Assembly: GCF_000284115.1 (NCBI RefSeq)
Contig: NC_017080.1
Coordinates: forward strand, 930,001 to 962,000
DNA length: 32,000 nt
From: Phycisphaera mikurensis NBRC 102666
GTDB taxonomy: Bacteria; Planctomycetota; Phycisphaerae; Phycisphaerales; Phycisphaeraceae
Direction of reading: 5' to 3'
How positions within the stretch are numbered: the stretch's first letter is position 1; every line of letters begins with the position of its first letter. Positions 1 through 11,767 of this stretch are shown here, in pieces. Made by a program: the position numbers and the translations under genes. Below the pieces are notes generated by a model that searched no databases, was not told the origin of the DNA, and saw only the letters and a program-made list of their open reading frames with translations.

Positions 1-2
1 CG

Positions 3-1241
3 ATGGTGGGCGAGCTCGCCCCCACCGAGCGGGCGAAGGCGCTCTCGCCGCTGCTCAACGAGTACCGCGACAACGCCCGGGCGAACGGCCACGACTACGC
101 CGCGCTGCAGGCGATGTGCGTGCTCGGCGTCGAGCTGTACTACGTGGAGGATCCGGCCACCGGCCGCCGCCACGTGGTGAACCAGGCCGACCACGCCGTG
201 CTGGTCGGGGGCCTGTCGCCCGCGGAAGCCGACGAGAAGATCGCCGCCATGGCCGACCTCGCCGGCACGGGGAGCGCCGTGGGACGCCCGGCCCGCGAGC
301 TCGCCGACGCCGCCTCGGCCGGCGCGTGGCGGGCGGTGGAGCAGCTGCCCAGCGGGCGGAAGCTGCCCGGGGGCCGGTTGCACGACGGCAGCACGCTCTA
401 CACGCTCAGCCAGACCGAGGCGATCGACACCGGCATCGCCGAGGCCGAGGCCCGCACCGAGGCCGACCTCCAGGCCCTGCTCAATGCCGCCTCGGTGAGC
501 ACCGTCGGGCAGACCTGGAGCGAGGCCCTCGCGATGTTCCTGACCAACCCCTTCGTGCGGATGGGCCTCATCGCGATCTTCGGCATCGGCCTCTTCGTGG
601 AGATGCTCGCGCCGGGCTTCGGCCTCGCCGGCGGCGTCGCCCTCCTTGCCTTGGCCGCGCTGATCGGGGCGCCGCTGCTGGTGGGCCTCTCGGAGATCTG
701 GCACATCGGGTTGATGGTGATCGGGGTGGTCATGATCGTGATCGAGCTGCTCGCCACGCCCACCTTCGGCCTGATGGGCATCGTCGGCGTGGGCGCCGTG
801 CTCGCCGGGCTGGTGCTGTCGACCGTGCCCAGCTCCGGCGGCGGCCCGGTGCCGCTGCCCGCCCCGGGCACCGGCGGCCGCCTCGCCTCGGCCACGATCG
901 CAACGCTCTTGGCCTTCGTCGTCACCGGCTTCGCGTCGCTGGGCCTGATGAAGGTCTACGGCCGCGTGCCCGGGCTTTCCCGCCTCGTGCTCGGCGACGC
1001 GCCGGCGATCGACGCCCGCTCTGCGCCCCCGGGCCCGGACGCGGACGGCGCCGCGGACCGCGGCCCGGCCGTCGGTGAAACCGGCACGGTCCGCGGCGGC
1101 GGCCTCCGCCCGTCGGGCTCGATCGCCATCGGCGACCGCTGGATCGACGCCGTCTCCGCCGGCGGCTTCATCGAGGAAGGCACCGCCGTCACCGTCGTCG
1201 AGGTCGCCGGCAACCGCGTGGTGGTGGAAGCGGCGGCCTGA
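3..1241 (+). CDS. NfeD-family membrane protein / ClpP-class protease C-terminal part, 5'-truncated by window edge
   Basis: Long ORF with several hydrophobic helices and an NfeD-like C-terminal domain (VGETGTVRGGGLRPSGSIAIGDRWIDAVSAGGFIEEGTAVTVVEVAGNRVVVE). Confidence 0.8.
   Translation: MVGELAPTERAKALSPLLNEYRDNARANGHDYAALQAMCVLGVELYYVEDPATGRRHVVNQADHAVLVGGLSPAEADEKIAAMADLAGTGSAVGRPARELADAASAGAWRAVEQLPSGRKLPGGRLHDGSTLYTLSQTEAIDTGIAEAEARTEADLQALLNAASVSTVGQTWSEALAMFLTNPFVRMGLIAIFGIGLFVEMLAPGFGLAGGVALLALAALIGAPLLVGLSEIWHIGLMVIGVVMIVIELLATPTFGLMGIVGVGAVLAGLVLSTVPSSGGGPVPLPAPGTGGRLASATIATLLAFVVTGFASLGLMKVYGRVPGLSRLVLGDAPAIDARSAPPGPDADGAADRGPAVGETGTVRGGGLRPSGSIAIGDRWIDAVSAGGFIEEGTAVTVVEVAGNRVVVEAAA
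1051..1096. repeat. 46-bp dyad, copy 1 (inside NfeD-family CDS)
   Basis: CCGCGGACCG CGGCCCGGCCGTCGGTGAAACCGGCA CGGTCCGCGG. Confidence 0.5.
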
Positions 1242-1328
1242 GCGGGCGCCGCCGCGCGCCGCCTCGCCGCGATTCGGCGCCCGCGGGCCGCTGGCGGGGG
1301 GACGATCCGGACCCCGCGCGTCCGGAGG

Positions 1329-4300
1329 TCAGCCGGTTCGCTCGAGAGCCGCCGCCTGTGCCTCGATCGTGGCCAGCCTCGCCTCCGCCGCCGCGAGCTG
1401 GTCGCGGGTTTCCTGCACCAGCTTCGCCGGGGCTCGCGCCGTGTACTTGTCGTTGGCGAGGCGCCCACGCAGCTGGGCGATCGACTCGCCCGCGTCGGCG
1501 GCCTCGGCGGCGAGCCGCTTCCGCTCCTTCTCGGGGTCCGCCCCGAGCCCGTGGAGGAACATCTTCGAGCCGGCGACGAGCACCGTCTCGGCTCCCTTGG
1601 GCGGCTCGACGCCGGGGCCGAAGTCGCGGCCCTGGTAGTGGCCCAGCGTCTCGGCGAGGTGGCGGTGCGGCATCATCCGCGCGGCGAGCTCGTGGGGGAC
1701 GGCGCTGGAGATCTCCAGCTTCTGCCGCGGCGGCAGCCCGTGCCGCTGCCGCACCTCGCGGACCGCGCCGACCACCTCCTGGATCAAGCCGAAGTCCCGC
1801 TCGGCCTCCTCGTCGACCAGCACCGAGGCGGCGACCGGCCAGCCGGCCGTGCACAGAAGCGGCGAACCGGGGAGCTCCAACCCGTCCACGCTCTTCTCCC
1901 CCGGCACCGCGGCGTGCAGCGCGGCGAAGAGCCGCTCGGTCACGAAGGGCATGGCCGGGTGGCACAGCCGCAGCGCCGCGTCGAAGCAGGTCAGCAGCAC
2001 GCGCCGCTGGTGCGCGTTGCCACGCGCCGTGGGCTTCACCGCCTCGATGTACCAGTCGCAGAGGTCGCGCCAGACGAAGTCGTAAACCGCCGCCGCGTAC
2101 TCGGCGAAGGCGTAGCGGGCGAGCGCGTCGTCGGCGGCGTGCACGGTCCGCGCCAGCCGCGAGAGGATCCACCGCTCGGCAAGCCCGAGGCCGTCGCGGC
2201 TGCCGCCGGTGATCGCCCGCGGCGCTTCGGCCGCGGCGTCGTCCGCCTCGGCAACGATCTGCAGCGTGAAGCGGGTCGCGTTCCAGAGCTTGTTGGCGAA
2301 GCGCTGGCCCAGGTCGAACTTCGAGCTGGTGTTCCTCGCGAGCGGGCGGTCGTCGGTCGGCGTCGCCTCGCCCGAGGCGGCGCCGTAGCTGCTGACGAAG
2401 GCCCGGCCGCGACGCTCCTGGACCGGCTTCGACACCTTGAAGCCGGCTTGGTTGGTGAACACCTCCGGCTGGAAGGCCTCGCCGGTGTGCGGGTCGAGCA
2501 TGTCCACGGGCAGGCGGACGTCCTGCGTGTGCGTGGTCATCGACGCGAGGGTGAACCGCATCGCGTCCGCGCCGTGGCTCTGGATGATGTCCAGCGGGTC
2601 GACGCCGTTGCCGAGGCTCTTGCTCATCTTCTGCCCGAAGCCGTCCTGGATCATCGCGTGGATGAAGACGTCCTGGAACGGGAGCCGACCCTCGAAGTAG
2701 ACGTTGAACATGACCATCCGCGAGACCCACAGCGTGATGATCTCGCGGGCCGTCGTGAGCACGCTCGTCGGGTTCCATCGCTCCAGGTCGGAGGATGCAG
2801 CGGGCCAGCCCAGCGTGGACAGCGGCCAGAGGGCGGAGGAGAACCAGGTGTCCAGGACGTCGGGGTCCTGCGCGAAGCCGGCGGCATCGAGCCACCGCGG
2901 CACCTCCTCGCCGGCGCTCTCGCTGACGCAGACGTACCACTGCGCCGGCGCGTCCTCGGTGCGGCTCGCCAGCTCGGCGAGCTGCTCGATGCCCAGGTTG
3001 CCGGTGGTGAAGTCGACCATCGGCCCTTCGGAATAGGTCGCCCGGACGAAGACGTCCTCGCCCTCGCCGAAGAAGAGGTCCTGCCCGCTCACGTCGTCCG
3101 CCAGCAGGTCGGCCAGCTCGCGGAAGGACATCCTCGCCGACCACACCGGGATCCGGTGCCCCCACCACAGCTGCCGCGAGATGCACCAGTCCCGCAGCCC
3201 CTCGTGCCAGGCCTGGAACGTCTTCGCGTAGCGGGCCGGGGTGAAGGTGAGCCCGGTCGCGGCGGGCTCGGGGGCGCTGCCGAACGCCGCGTCCCCGGTC
3301 GCCTGCCGCTGCGAGGGATCCATCGCCCGCAGCGCCGCGCCCTTCAACCGATCGTCGGTCACCGCCAGGTACCACTGGTCGCTGTAATAAGGCTCGATCG
3401 CCGCGTGGCTGCGGTAGCTGTGGCCCACGGCGTGGCGGTGCGGGATGACCGCGGGGCAGAGGCCCAGGTCCTTGAAGCGCTTGACGATCGCCGTCCGCGC
3501 GTCCTCGCGGGAGAGGCCCAGGAAAGGCTGCAACGCGTCGCCATCGCACGCTTGGAAGTCGTCCCAGCCGTGGTCTTTGGAGATGCTCGCGTCGGGGGCC
3601 ATCACGTTGACCACCGGCAGGCCGTGGCGCTGCCCGATGAGGTAGTCGTTGGGGTCGTGCGCCGGGGTGACCTTCAGGAACCCGGTGGACAGCTTCGCCT
3701 TCGCGTCGGCGGAATCGGGGTCGGGGATCACCACGTAGCCGTCGCCGATGACCGGGATGATCCGGCCGACGATCGGCAGCCTCACGCGCTTGCCGATGAA
3801 CGCTGCCCGCGGCGGGTCGTCGGGGTTCACCGCCACCGCGGTGTCGCCGAGCATCGTTTCCGGCCGCGTCGTCGCGACCGTCAGGGTCTCGCCGGTCGGC
3901 TCGCCTTGCTCATCCACCACCGGGTAGACGAGGTGGTAGAAGTTCCCGTCCACCTCCTCCATCTCCACCTCGTCGTCGGCGAGCGCGGTCTGGCTCACCG
4001 GGTCCCAGTTCACCAGCCGCTTGCCGCGGTAGATCAGGCCGTCGCGGAACAGCCGGTAGAAGGCCTCGCGCACCGCCTCGCTGCGGGGCTCGTCCATCGT
4101 GAACGCCTGCCTCGACCAGTCGCACGAACAGCCCATCGCCTTCAGCTGCTCGGTGATGGTTTCCTCGTAGCGGTCCTTCCAGGCCTGCACCTTCGCGACG
4201 AAGGCGCCGCGCCCGGAGCCGGGCTTCTGCGCCTCTTCGAGCTTGTACTCCTTCAACGCCCGCTCGCCCTCGGCCTGAAGCCGCCGATCGACCACCGTCT

Positions 4301-4580
4301 GCGTCGCGATGCCCGCGTGGTCGGTGCCCGGCAGCCACACGGCGTTTCTCCCCTTCATCCGGGCGTGGCGGACGAGGACGTCCTGGATCGTGTTGTTGAG
4401 CGCGTGGCCCAGGTGCAGCGCCGCCGTCACGTTCGGCGGCGGGATGCACACGCTGAAGGGCTCGCCGGGCGCCTCGGGATCGGCCCGGAACGCGTCCGCC
4501 TCGGCCCACTTCCGCGTGACCTCCGCCTCGTTTCCGGCCGGGTCGTACTGCGGGGGTAGCTCGGTCAAGTCGTTCTGCAT
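1329..4580 (-). CDS. valS: Valine--tRNA ligase
   Basis: PPPNVTAALHLGHALNNTIQD (HIGH-type motif), GRNAVWLPGTDHAGIATQ, GQKMSKSLGNGVDPLDII (KMSKS) and a C-terminal coiled coil. Start placed at MQNDLTELPPQYDPAG. Confidence 0.97.
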   Translation of the reverse strand: MQNDLTELPPQYDPAGNEAEVTRKWAEADAFRADPEAPGEPFSVCIPPPNVTAALHLGHALNNTIQDVLVRHARMKGRNAVWLPGTDHAGIATQTVVDRRLQAEGERALKEYKLEEAQKPGSGRGAFVAKVQAWKDRYEETITEQLKAMGCSCDWSRQAFTMDEPRSEAVREAFYRLFRDGLIYRGKRLVNWDPVSQTALADDEVEMEEVDGNFYHLVYPVVDEQGEPTGETLTVATTRPETMLGDTAVAVNPDDPPRAAFIGKRVRLPIVGRIIPVIGDGYVVIPDPDSADAKAKLSTGFLKVTPAHDPNDYLIGQRHGLPVVNVMAPDASISKDHGWDDFQACDGDALQPFLGLSREDARTAIVKRFKDLGLCPAVIPHRHAVGHSYRSHAAIEPYYSDQWYLAVTDDRLKGAALRAMDPSQRQATGDAAFGSAPEPAATGLTFTPARYAKTFQAWHEGLRDWCISRQLWWGHRIPVWSARMSFRELADLLADDVSGQDLFFGEGEDVFVRATYSEGPMVDFTTGNLGIEQLAELASRTEDAPAQWYVCVSESAGEEVPRWLDAAGFAQDPDVLDTWFSSALWPLSTLGWPAASSDLERWNPTSVLTTAREIITLWVSRMVMFNVYFEGRLPFQDVFIHAMIQDGFGQKMSKSLGNGVDPLDIIQSHGADAMRFTLASMTTHTQDVRLPVDMLDPHTGEAFQPEVFTNQAGFKVSKPVQERRGRAFVSSYGAASGEATPTDDRPLARNTSSKFDLGQRFANKLWNATRFTLQIVAEADDAAAEAPRAITGGSRDGLGLAERWILSRLARTVHAADDALARYAFAEYAAAVYDFVWRDLCDWYIEAVKPTARGNAHQRRVLLTCFDAALRLCHPAMPFVTERLFAALHAAVPGEKSVDGLELPGSPLLCTAGWPVAASVLVDEEAERDFGLIQEVVGAVREVRQRHGLPPRQKLEISSAVPHELAARMMPHRHLAETLGHYQGRDFGPGVEPPKGAETVLVAGSKMFLHGLGADPEKERKRLAAEAADAGESIAQLRGRLANDKYTARAPAKLVQETRDQLAAAEARLATIEAQAAALERTG

Positions 4581-4698
4581 CGGGCGGAGAGCGTAGAGCA
4601 GGCGGGAATACGCCCCAACGGAGCGGCGGGGCCGCCCGCACGCTCCCGGCGGGGCGGCGCCGCCGGTCCGCGGTCCAAGCGGCCACCTACCTTTCCCC

Positions 4699-6261
4699 AT
4701 GCCCAGAGCGAAGAAGCGTGCGGCGGTCGTCCTCGGGAACCAGCTCTTCGAGGCGAAGCACTGGACCCAAGCAGGGGTCGACCCCGCCGGCACGCCGCTG
4801 TTCATGGCCGAGGACCTCGGGCTGTGCACCTACTTCCGGCACCACCAGCACAAGCTCGTGCTGTTCCTCGCGGCGATGCGCTCGCACCGGGACGCGCTGC
4901 AGAAAGCGGGCTTCGACGTCGCCTACCGGGCCTTCGGCGACGAGGACGCCGAGCCCGAGACGCCGTACCTCCAGAAGCTCGGCGCCTGGCTGGACACGCT
5001 CGGGAGCGTCGAGGAGCTCGTGCTCTTCGAAGTCGAGGACCGGTGGTTCGAGGCCGAGCTGGAGGCGTGGGCGGACGCCCGCGGGCTCGGGCTCGCGTTC
5101 CTGCAGAGCCCGATGTTCCTGACCTCGCGGGAGCAGTTCGCCGAGTACCTCGAGGACGCCGACGGCAAGCCGTTCATGGCTCGCTTCTACCAGCGGCAGC
5201 GCCGGCGGCTGAAGCTCCTGATGGACGACTGGGGCCGCCCGGTGTCGGGCAAGTGGAGCCTCGACCACGAGAACCGCGAGAAGCTGCCCGCCGGGGTCGA
5301 GGTGCCGGAGACGTCGTGGGCGAAGCCGACCACGCACGTCAGAGACGTCTGCCGCGTGGTCGCCGACCGCTTCGCCGGACACCCCGGCGACGTCGGGAAC
5401 TTCTGGCTGCCCACCACCCGGAAGCAGGCCCTCGCCTGGCTGAAGGCGTTCCTCGACGACCGCTTCGAGCGGTTCGGCCCGTACGAAGACGCGCTCTCCA
5501 ACCGCGACCCGGTGCTCTTCCACTCCGCCCTCTCGCCGGTCCTGAACCTGGGCTTGCTCACCCCGCGCGAGGTGGTCGCCGCCGCGGTGGACCACGCCAG
5601 GAAGCACGAGGAGGCCGCGGGCGAGCCCTTCCCGCTCAACTCGCTGGAGGGCTTCGTCCGCCAGGTCATCGGCTGGCGCGAGTTCGTCCGCGGCGTCTAC
5701 GGCCACTTCGATGAGGAGCAAGACGGCAGCAACCGCTGGGACAACCACCGCAAGCCGACGCGGGCCTGGTGGGACGGCACCACCGGCGTGCCGCCGCTCG
5801 ACGACGCGATCCGGAAGGCCAACCGCCTCGGTTGGACCCACCACATCGAGCGGCTCATGGTGATGGGCAACCTCTTCAACCTCTGCGAGATCGAGCCGCG
5901 CGAGGCCCACCGGTGGTTCATGGAGATGTACGTCGACTCCAGCGACTGGGTGATGGGGCCCAACGTCTACGGGATGGGTTTGTGCAGCGACGGCGGCATC
6001 TTCGCCACCAAGCCGTACATCTGCGGCTCGTCGTACCTCGTGAAGATGAGCGATTCGTACAAGAAAACCGGCAAGGGCAACGCGTGGGCCGACGCCGTCG
6101 ACGGCTTGTACTGGCGCTTCATCGACAAGCACCGCGACTTCTTCAACGCCAACCCGCGGATGGCCGTCATGGTGGGCACCTACGACAAGATGAAGCCGGA
6201 GCGCAAGAAGACGATCCGCGAAGCCGGGGAGGCGCTGCTGGACCGCATCACGACGGCGTGA
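4699..6261 (+). CDS. Cryptochrome/deoxyribodipyrimidine photolyase-related protein (FeS-BCP-like group)
   Basis: VVLGNQLF start, internal GWREFVRGVY and C-terminal MGPNVYGMGLCSDGGIFATKPYICGSSYLVKMSDSYKKTGKGNAWADAVDGLYWRFIDKHRDFFNANPRMAVM, typical of this family. Confidence 0.92.
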   Translation: MPRAKKRAAVVLGNQLFEAKHWTQAGVDPAGTPLFMAEDLGLCTYFRHHQHKLVLFLAAMRSHRDALQKAGFDVAYRAFGDEDAEPETPYLQKLGAWLDTLGSVEELVLFEVEDRWFEAELEAWADARGLGLAFLQSPMFLTSREQFAEYLEDADGKPFMARFYQRQRRRLKLLMDDWGRPVSGKWSLDHENREKLPAGVEVPETSWAKPTTHVRDVCRVVADRFAGHPGDVGNFWLPTTRKQALAWLKAFLDDRFERFGPYEDALSNRDPVLFHSALSPVLNLGLLTPREVVAAAVDHARKHEEAAGEPFPLNSLEGFVRQVIGWREFVRGVYGHFDEEQDGSNRWDNHRKPTRAWWDGTTGVPPLDDAIRKANRLGWTHHIERLMVMGNLFNLCEIEPREAHRWFMEMYVDSSDWVMGPNVYGMGLCSDGGIFATKPYICGSSYLVKMSDSYKKTGKGNAWADAVDGLYWRFIDKHRDFFNANPRMAVMVGTYDKMKPERKKTIREAGEALLDRITTA

Positions 6262-6271
6262 GCCGGAGGTT

Positions 6272-6317
6272 CCGCGGACCGCGGCTGAAGAACGGCGAAA
6301 CGCCCGACGGTCCGCGG
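6272..6317. repeat. 46-bp dyad, copy 2 (between convergent genes)
   Basis: CCGCGGACCG CGGCTGAAGAACGGCGAAACGCCCGA CGGTCCGCGG. Confidence 0.75.
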
Positions 6318-6351
6318 CCGCGGGCTCCGCCCGCGGCGCTCCGCTGCGGCG

Positions 6352-6723
6352 TCACCTCGGCTTCCGGACCGCGACCCGCCGGTGCGGGTCCTGCTTCGCC
6401 GCGAACCGGGCGAAGCGGGCCAGCGCCGGGTGCGATCGGAGTGCCTCGACGGTGTGGTATCGCTCCGCGAGCTCCCGCTCGGAGAGCGTCGCGTGCACCG
6501 TGCGGTGGCACGGCCGGCACAGCGGGGCGGTCGCGTGCTTGAGGTCTACCCCCGCGTGCTCCCGCTTGATCCGCGCCCGCCCGTGCGTCGCCCGCGGCAC
6601 GAGGTGGTGCTTCGTCAGCGGCACGCCCGCGCGCCCGCACAGCGCACACGCGGCCGGCTCGCCGCCCTCCGCCCGCCACGGCGCTCCCGCCGCCAGGTTC
6701 TGTTTCGCTTTCGCGCGGCCCAT
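6352..6723 (-). CDS. Small HNH-type endonuclease-like protein
   Basis: CALCGRAGVPLTKHHLVPRATHG...APLCRPCHRTVHATLSERELAERYHTVEALRSHP, an HNH / zinc-finger pattern. Confidence 0.75.
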   Translation of the reverse strand: MGRAKAKQNLAAGAPWRAEGGEPAACALCGRAGVPLTKHHLVPRATHGRARIKREHAGVDLKHATAPLCRPCHRTVHATLSERELAERYHTVEALRSHPALARFARFAAKQDPHRRVAVRKPR

Positions 6724-6817
6724 CCGCGGGAACGGTAGCGCGGAAGCGGGGCGGGCGGGTCCGAAGCGCGGCCCGGCGGGCACCCGCTCCACCCCGCCGC
6801 CGCGGCATACTGCACCG

Positions 6818-7336
6818 ATGGCGACCGCCCCTCCCCCGCGTGCCGATCGCTGGCGACGCCGCCTGGCCGGGCTGCCGGCCGTGCTCCTGGGGATCGTCGT
6901 CCTGCTCGGCGGGCTGCTCCTCGGGTTCGCGCTCCTGTTCGCGGTGAACGCGACCTCCGGCAGGAACGACGGCCACGCGCACTTCGGCGCCGCCGGCATG
7001 CTCATGGCCTACATGGACGACCACGGCGGGGCGTGGCCGCGGGGCTGGGACGACCTGGAGCCGTACTTCCGCGACGGCCGGGGCCGGAGCCGGAGCCGGG
7101 TCCAGGGCTGGTCGTACGAGAAGTTCCAGAGCCGCGTCTGGATCGACTTCGAAGCCGATCCCGAGGCCCTGCGGGCCGCGAGCCGCGCGGCCGGCCCCGG
7201 CGCCCGCGCGCCCTTCGACGTCGTGCGGAGCCGCCGCTTCTGGCAAGCGCCGTGGGTCGCCGTGGTGGGCGGGGGCGCCGACCAGAACCTCCACGACCGC
7301 TTCGCTCCGCCGCCTCCGCTCGAAGCGCTGCCGTAG
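6818..7336 (+). CDS. Hypothetical protein with N-terminal transmembrane segment
   Basis: ORF begins MATAPPPRADRWRRRLAGLPAVLLGIVVLLGGLLLGFALLFAVN. Prepilin-like soluble part (MLMAYMDDHGGAWPRGWDDLEPYF). No family confidently recognised. Confidence 0.55.
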   Translation: MATAPPPRADRWRRRLAGLPAVLLGIVVLLGGLLLGFALLFAVNATSGRNDGHAHFGAAGMLMAYMDDHGGAWPRGWDDLEPYFRDGRGRSRSRVQGWSYEKFQSRVWIDFEADPEALRAASRAAGPGARAPFDVVRSRRFWQAPWVAVVGGGADQNLHDRFAPPPPLEALP

Positions 7337-7440
7337 CGCCGGGCGGGCCGCTGCGTCGTCGCCGGCCCCGGCCGCGGCCCCGCGTGCCGCCTACCAATCC
7401 GCGGGCGGCGGTCGCACGCGTGCGTCCGCGTGGTCCCCGG

Positions 7441-8796
7441 ATGAGCCGATCGCTGCTTCTGTTGCTCGTGGTCGTGGTGATCGACCAGCTGGACTCGGGG
7501 ATGGCCACGCCCATCTACCCGATGCTCTTCACCGATCCGGACAGCCCGGAGCTGCTGGTGAGCCCGCGGAGCGCGGAGCGCTCGGGCGCCTGGTTCATCG
7601 CGCTGCTGGCGCTGGCTTACGCGGTGCCGGCCTTCCTCTGCCAGCCGATCATCGGGCAGCTGAGCGACCGCTTCGGCCGCAAGCCGTTGCTGCTGATGAG
7701 CTTCGCCTCGTCGACGCTCTCGTACGCGGTGGTCGCCGCGGCGATCCATCTCGACAGCTTCGGCGGGGTGCTCCTGGGGCGGGTGATCGACGGCTTCGCG
7801 GCCGGCAACATCCTCGTGGCCGCCGGGGTCATCGCGGACCGCAGCGACGGCGCCGAGCGGACGCGGAGGTTCGGCTGGTTCACCGCGGCGCTCTCGCTGG
7901 GCTTCGTCATCGGCCCGCTCTTCGGCGGGTACCTAAGCGACACCGAAGCGGCGGATTGGCGCGGGCCGGGCACGGCGTTCGCGGTGTCGGGCGTGCTCAA
8001 CCTCGTGGCGATGGCGGTGTTCTGGCTGGGCTTCCGCGAGTCGCTGGCCGAGGAGGACCGCGAGGAGGACGACTTCGCCTGGGGGCAGTCGTTCCGCAAC
8101 GCCAAGGCGGCGCTCTTCGATGAGGGCCGGCGGTCGCTCTACCTGCTGCTGGCCTGCTTCATCGTGGCGTACATGTCCTTCCTGCTGTTCGCGGGCGTGC
8201 TGCTCGAAGAGCGCTTCGGGATGGGCCCGGTGGAGCTGGGGTGGTTCTTCAGCGCGCTGGGCCTGGGCCTGGCGGCGGTGCAGATCTTCCTCGTCGACCC
8301 GGTGGAGAAGAGGTTGGGGGCGCGGCGGGCGCTCTGCGCGGTCTTCTTCCTGATGGCCGGCGCGGTCGCGCTGGTGGGCTCCGCCTGGTCGCCCTGGGTG
8401 GCGTACGCGGCCATCGTGCCCTTCGCGCTGGGCACGGGGATGATCGAGCCGGTGCTGCAGAGCCTGATCAGCCGCTCCGCGAGCGAGCGGGAGCAGGGCC
8501 GGGTGCAGGGCGTGCGGGGCAGCGTCGACTCCCTGGCCCGGGTCCTCCCGCCGCTCGCCGCCGGCCCGGTCGCGGCGCTGGGCGCGACCGGCTGGGCCCT
8601 CTACGCCGCCGCGCTCGCCGCCGCCCTCGGCGGCGTGGGGTCCGCCTGGCTCGTGGCGCACAAGCCCTCCGCGGCCTTCGCCCGGTCCGAGGGCGAGGAG
8701 GGCGACGCGGGCGACGGGGACCACCGACGCGACGACGACCTCACCGGCACGGGCGGCCGGGCGGAGGAACCCGAGGAGTCCGTCGCGTACACCTGA
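7441..8796 (+). CDS. MFS transporter (TetA-like)
   Basis: About 12 hydrophobic segments; motif-A-like GQLSDRFGRKPLLLMSF; DQLDSGMATPIYPMLF at N-terminus. Confidence 0.88.
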   Translation: MSRSLLLLLVVVVIDQLDSGMATPIYPMLFTDPDSPELLVSPRSAERSGAWFIALLALAYAVPAFLCQPIIGQLSDRFGRKPLLLMSFASSTLSYAVVAAAIHLDSFGGVLLGRVIDGFAAGNILVAAGVIADRSDGAERTRRFGWFTAALSLGFVIGPLFGGYLSDTEAADWRGPGTAFAVSGVLNLVAMAVFWLGFRESLAEEDREEDDFAWGQSFRNAKAALFDEGRRSLYLLLACFIVAYMSFLLFAGVLLEERFGMGPVELGWFFSALGLGLAAVQIFLVDPVEKRLGARRALCAVFFLMAGAVALVGSAWSPWVAYAAIVPFALGTGMIEPVLQSLISRSASEREQGRVQGVRGSVDSLARVLPPLAAGPVAALGATGWALYAAALAAALGGVGSAWLVAHKPSAAFARSEGEEGDAGDGDHRRDDDLTGTGGRAEEPEESVAYT

Positions 8797-9083
8797 AGGC
8801 GAGCCGCGGGCGGGTCGGCCGCCGGGCGTCGACCGGCACCGCGGCCGGCGCACGCACGCCAAGCGCGTGGCTGCCGATGCGGAGCGAGTCCGCGTGGCCG
8901 CCCGGTCCGCGCGGGGGCGGCACCGGGTCTTCGGGTCCCACCGGGAATCGACGGCCACGGCGTGGGTGGACCGCCTGCCCCGTGGTGTGCCGGGCGAGGC
9001 CGGTGGCGGTCCGGGCGTCGCCGATCCGGGGCTGCGCCCGCCCGGGGTGCGAGACCCCGCGGCTTCCCTACGATTGAAGTCCC

Positions 9084-10640
<1,557 letters not shown>

Positions 10641-10663
10641 GCCGGGCCGCGCAGGGAACGCTC

Positions 10664-11767
10664 ATGCCCGATCCTCCCCCCGCTCTCATCGTCTTGACGG
10701 TGCCGGGCCGCTTGGACCGGGTCGAGGCGGACGCGGAGCGATTGCATCGCCTGCGGGCGGCGGGGTCGTCGGTGACCGAGGTGCGGCCGGCGCCGCGGTG
10801 CGTCTGGTGGGCGGACGACGACGACCGGCGGGAAGAGGCCGAGCCGGGCGACCTGGTCTGGTCCGGCCGCTTCCCGGTGCGGCGGCGGCGCGCCCGGGTC
10901 GTGGAGGCGGTCCGGGCCGCGGGCGTCGGAGGGGCGGCGGTCCACGCGGTGGGCGCGGCGGCGTGGCCGGAGGCGGCGGCGATCGGTCGCCTGCTCGATG
11001 CGGGCGTGCTGCTGGGGGCGCGGGAGGAGGCGGCGATCCCGGCGGCGCGGCGGCTGGTCCGCCTGCTGAACCCCACGCGGTGCGTGCTGGTGGCGGAGAC
11101 CGAGCCGCTGGCGGAGGCGCTGCGTGAGGCGACGGACAACCTGCTCGTGGTGGAGGCGGTGCCGCCGCCGGTGCCGGAGCGGGCGCCGTGCCCGCGGCGG
11201 CGTGCGGCGGGCGAGCCGCTGCTGGTGGCGGTCCCGCTGGCGGCGGGGGCCTCCGGGCTGCCGGAGCTGCTGTCCGGCCTCGGCGGAGCGCTCGACGCGC
11301 GGCCCGAGGCGGAGGTCCAGCTGTTGCTGATGGGGCGGACCACCGACCTCTCGGCGGCGTACCGGGCGGCCGCGGCGGCGGGGCGGCTGGGCCGCGTATC
11401 GGCGGCCCCGACGCGGCCCGAGGCCGGGGGCGTGCCCTTCCACGCGGTTCTCTCGGGCGTGCACGCGCTCGCGAGCCCGGCGGCGACGCCGCTGGAGGAG
11501 CCGCCGGCGGTGCTGGAGGCGGAGGCCCTCGGGTTGCCGGTGCTCGAGCCCGCGGGCGGGTCGCCCCGGCCCGGCGGCGTCGCGCGGCCGCTGCCCGCGG
11601 CGCCGGGCGCGGACGCCTGGGCGGCGGTCCTCGGCTGGCTCTTCGACGATCCCAGGGGTGCGGAGGCGGCGGGGGCGGCGACGCGGGACGCGGTGCGGGC
11701 GGAGCGGGGGGTGGCGGCCTCGGATGCGCGGTTGCTGCACCTGGCGGGCCTGGTGGCGGGCGCTTAG
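10664..11767 (+). CDS. Hypothetical Ala-rich protein, possibly a degenerate glycosyltransferase-like fold
   Basis: 367-aa ORF between lpdA and atpC. The ending HALASPAATPLEEPPAVLEAEALGLPVLEP resembles the family-1 glycosyltransferase E-x7-E region, but the match is weak. Confidence 0.45.
   Translation: MPDPPPALIVLTVPGRLDRVEADAERLHRLRAAGSSVTEVRPAPRCVWWADDDDRREEAEPGDLVWSGRFPVRRRRARVVEAVRAAGVGGAAVHAVGAAAWPEAAAIGRLLDAGVLLGAREEAAIPAARRLVRLLNPTRCVLVAETEPLAEALREATDNLLVVEAVPPPVPERAPCPRRRAAGEPLLVAVPLAAGASGLPELLSGLGGALDARPEAEVQLLLMGRTTDLSAAYRAAAAAGRLGRVSAAPTRPEAGGVPFHAVLSGVHALASPAATPLEEPPAVLEAEALGLPVLEPAGGSPRPGGVARPLPAAPGADAWAAVLGWLFDDPRGAEAAGAATRDAVRAERGVAASDARLLHLAGLVAGA

Noticed and set aside
1189-3549. 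Long overlapping ORFs antisense or out of frame to real genes (for example 1189-3549 -, 1551-4559 +, 4687-6132 -, 8601-10634 -, 10637-11740 +, 12122-14311 -, 13666-16170 +, 20710-22845 -, 30313-31980 -)
   Set aside because: High GC makes stop codons rare in off-frames. The products are Arg/Pro/Ala/Gly-rich with no recognisable domains, and each overlaps a convincingly identified gene.
4664-4673. Another 46-bp dyad near the valS/photolyase intergenic region (CGGTCCGCGG)
   Set aside because: Only one arm is present; no CCGCGGACCG partner at the expected distance.
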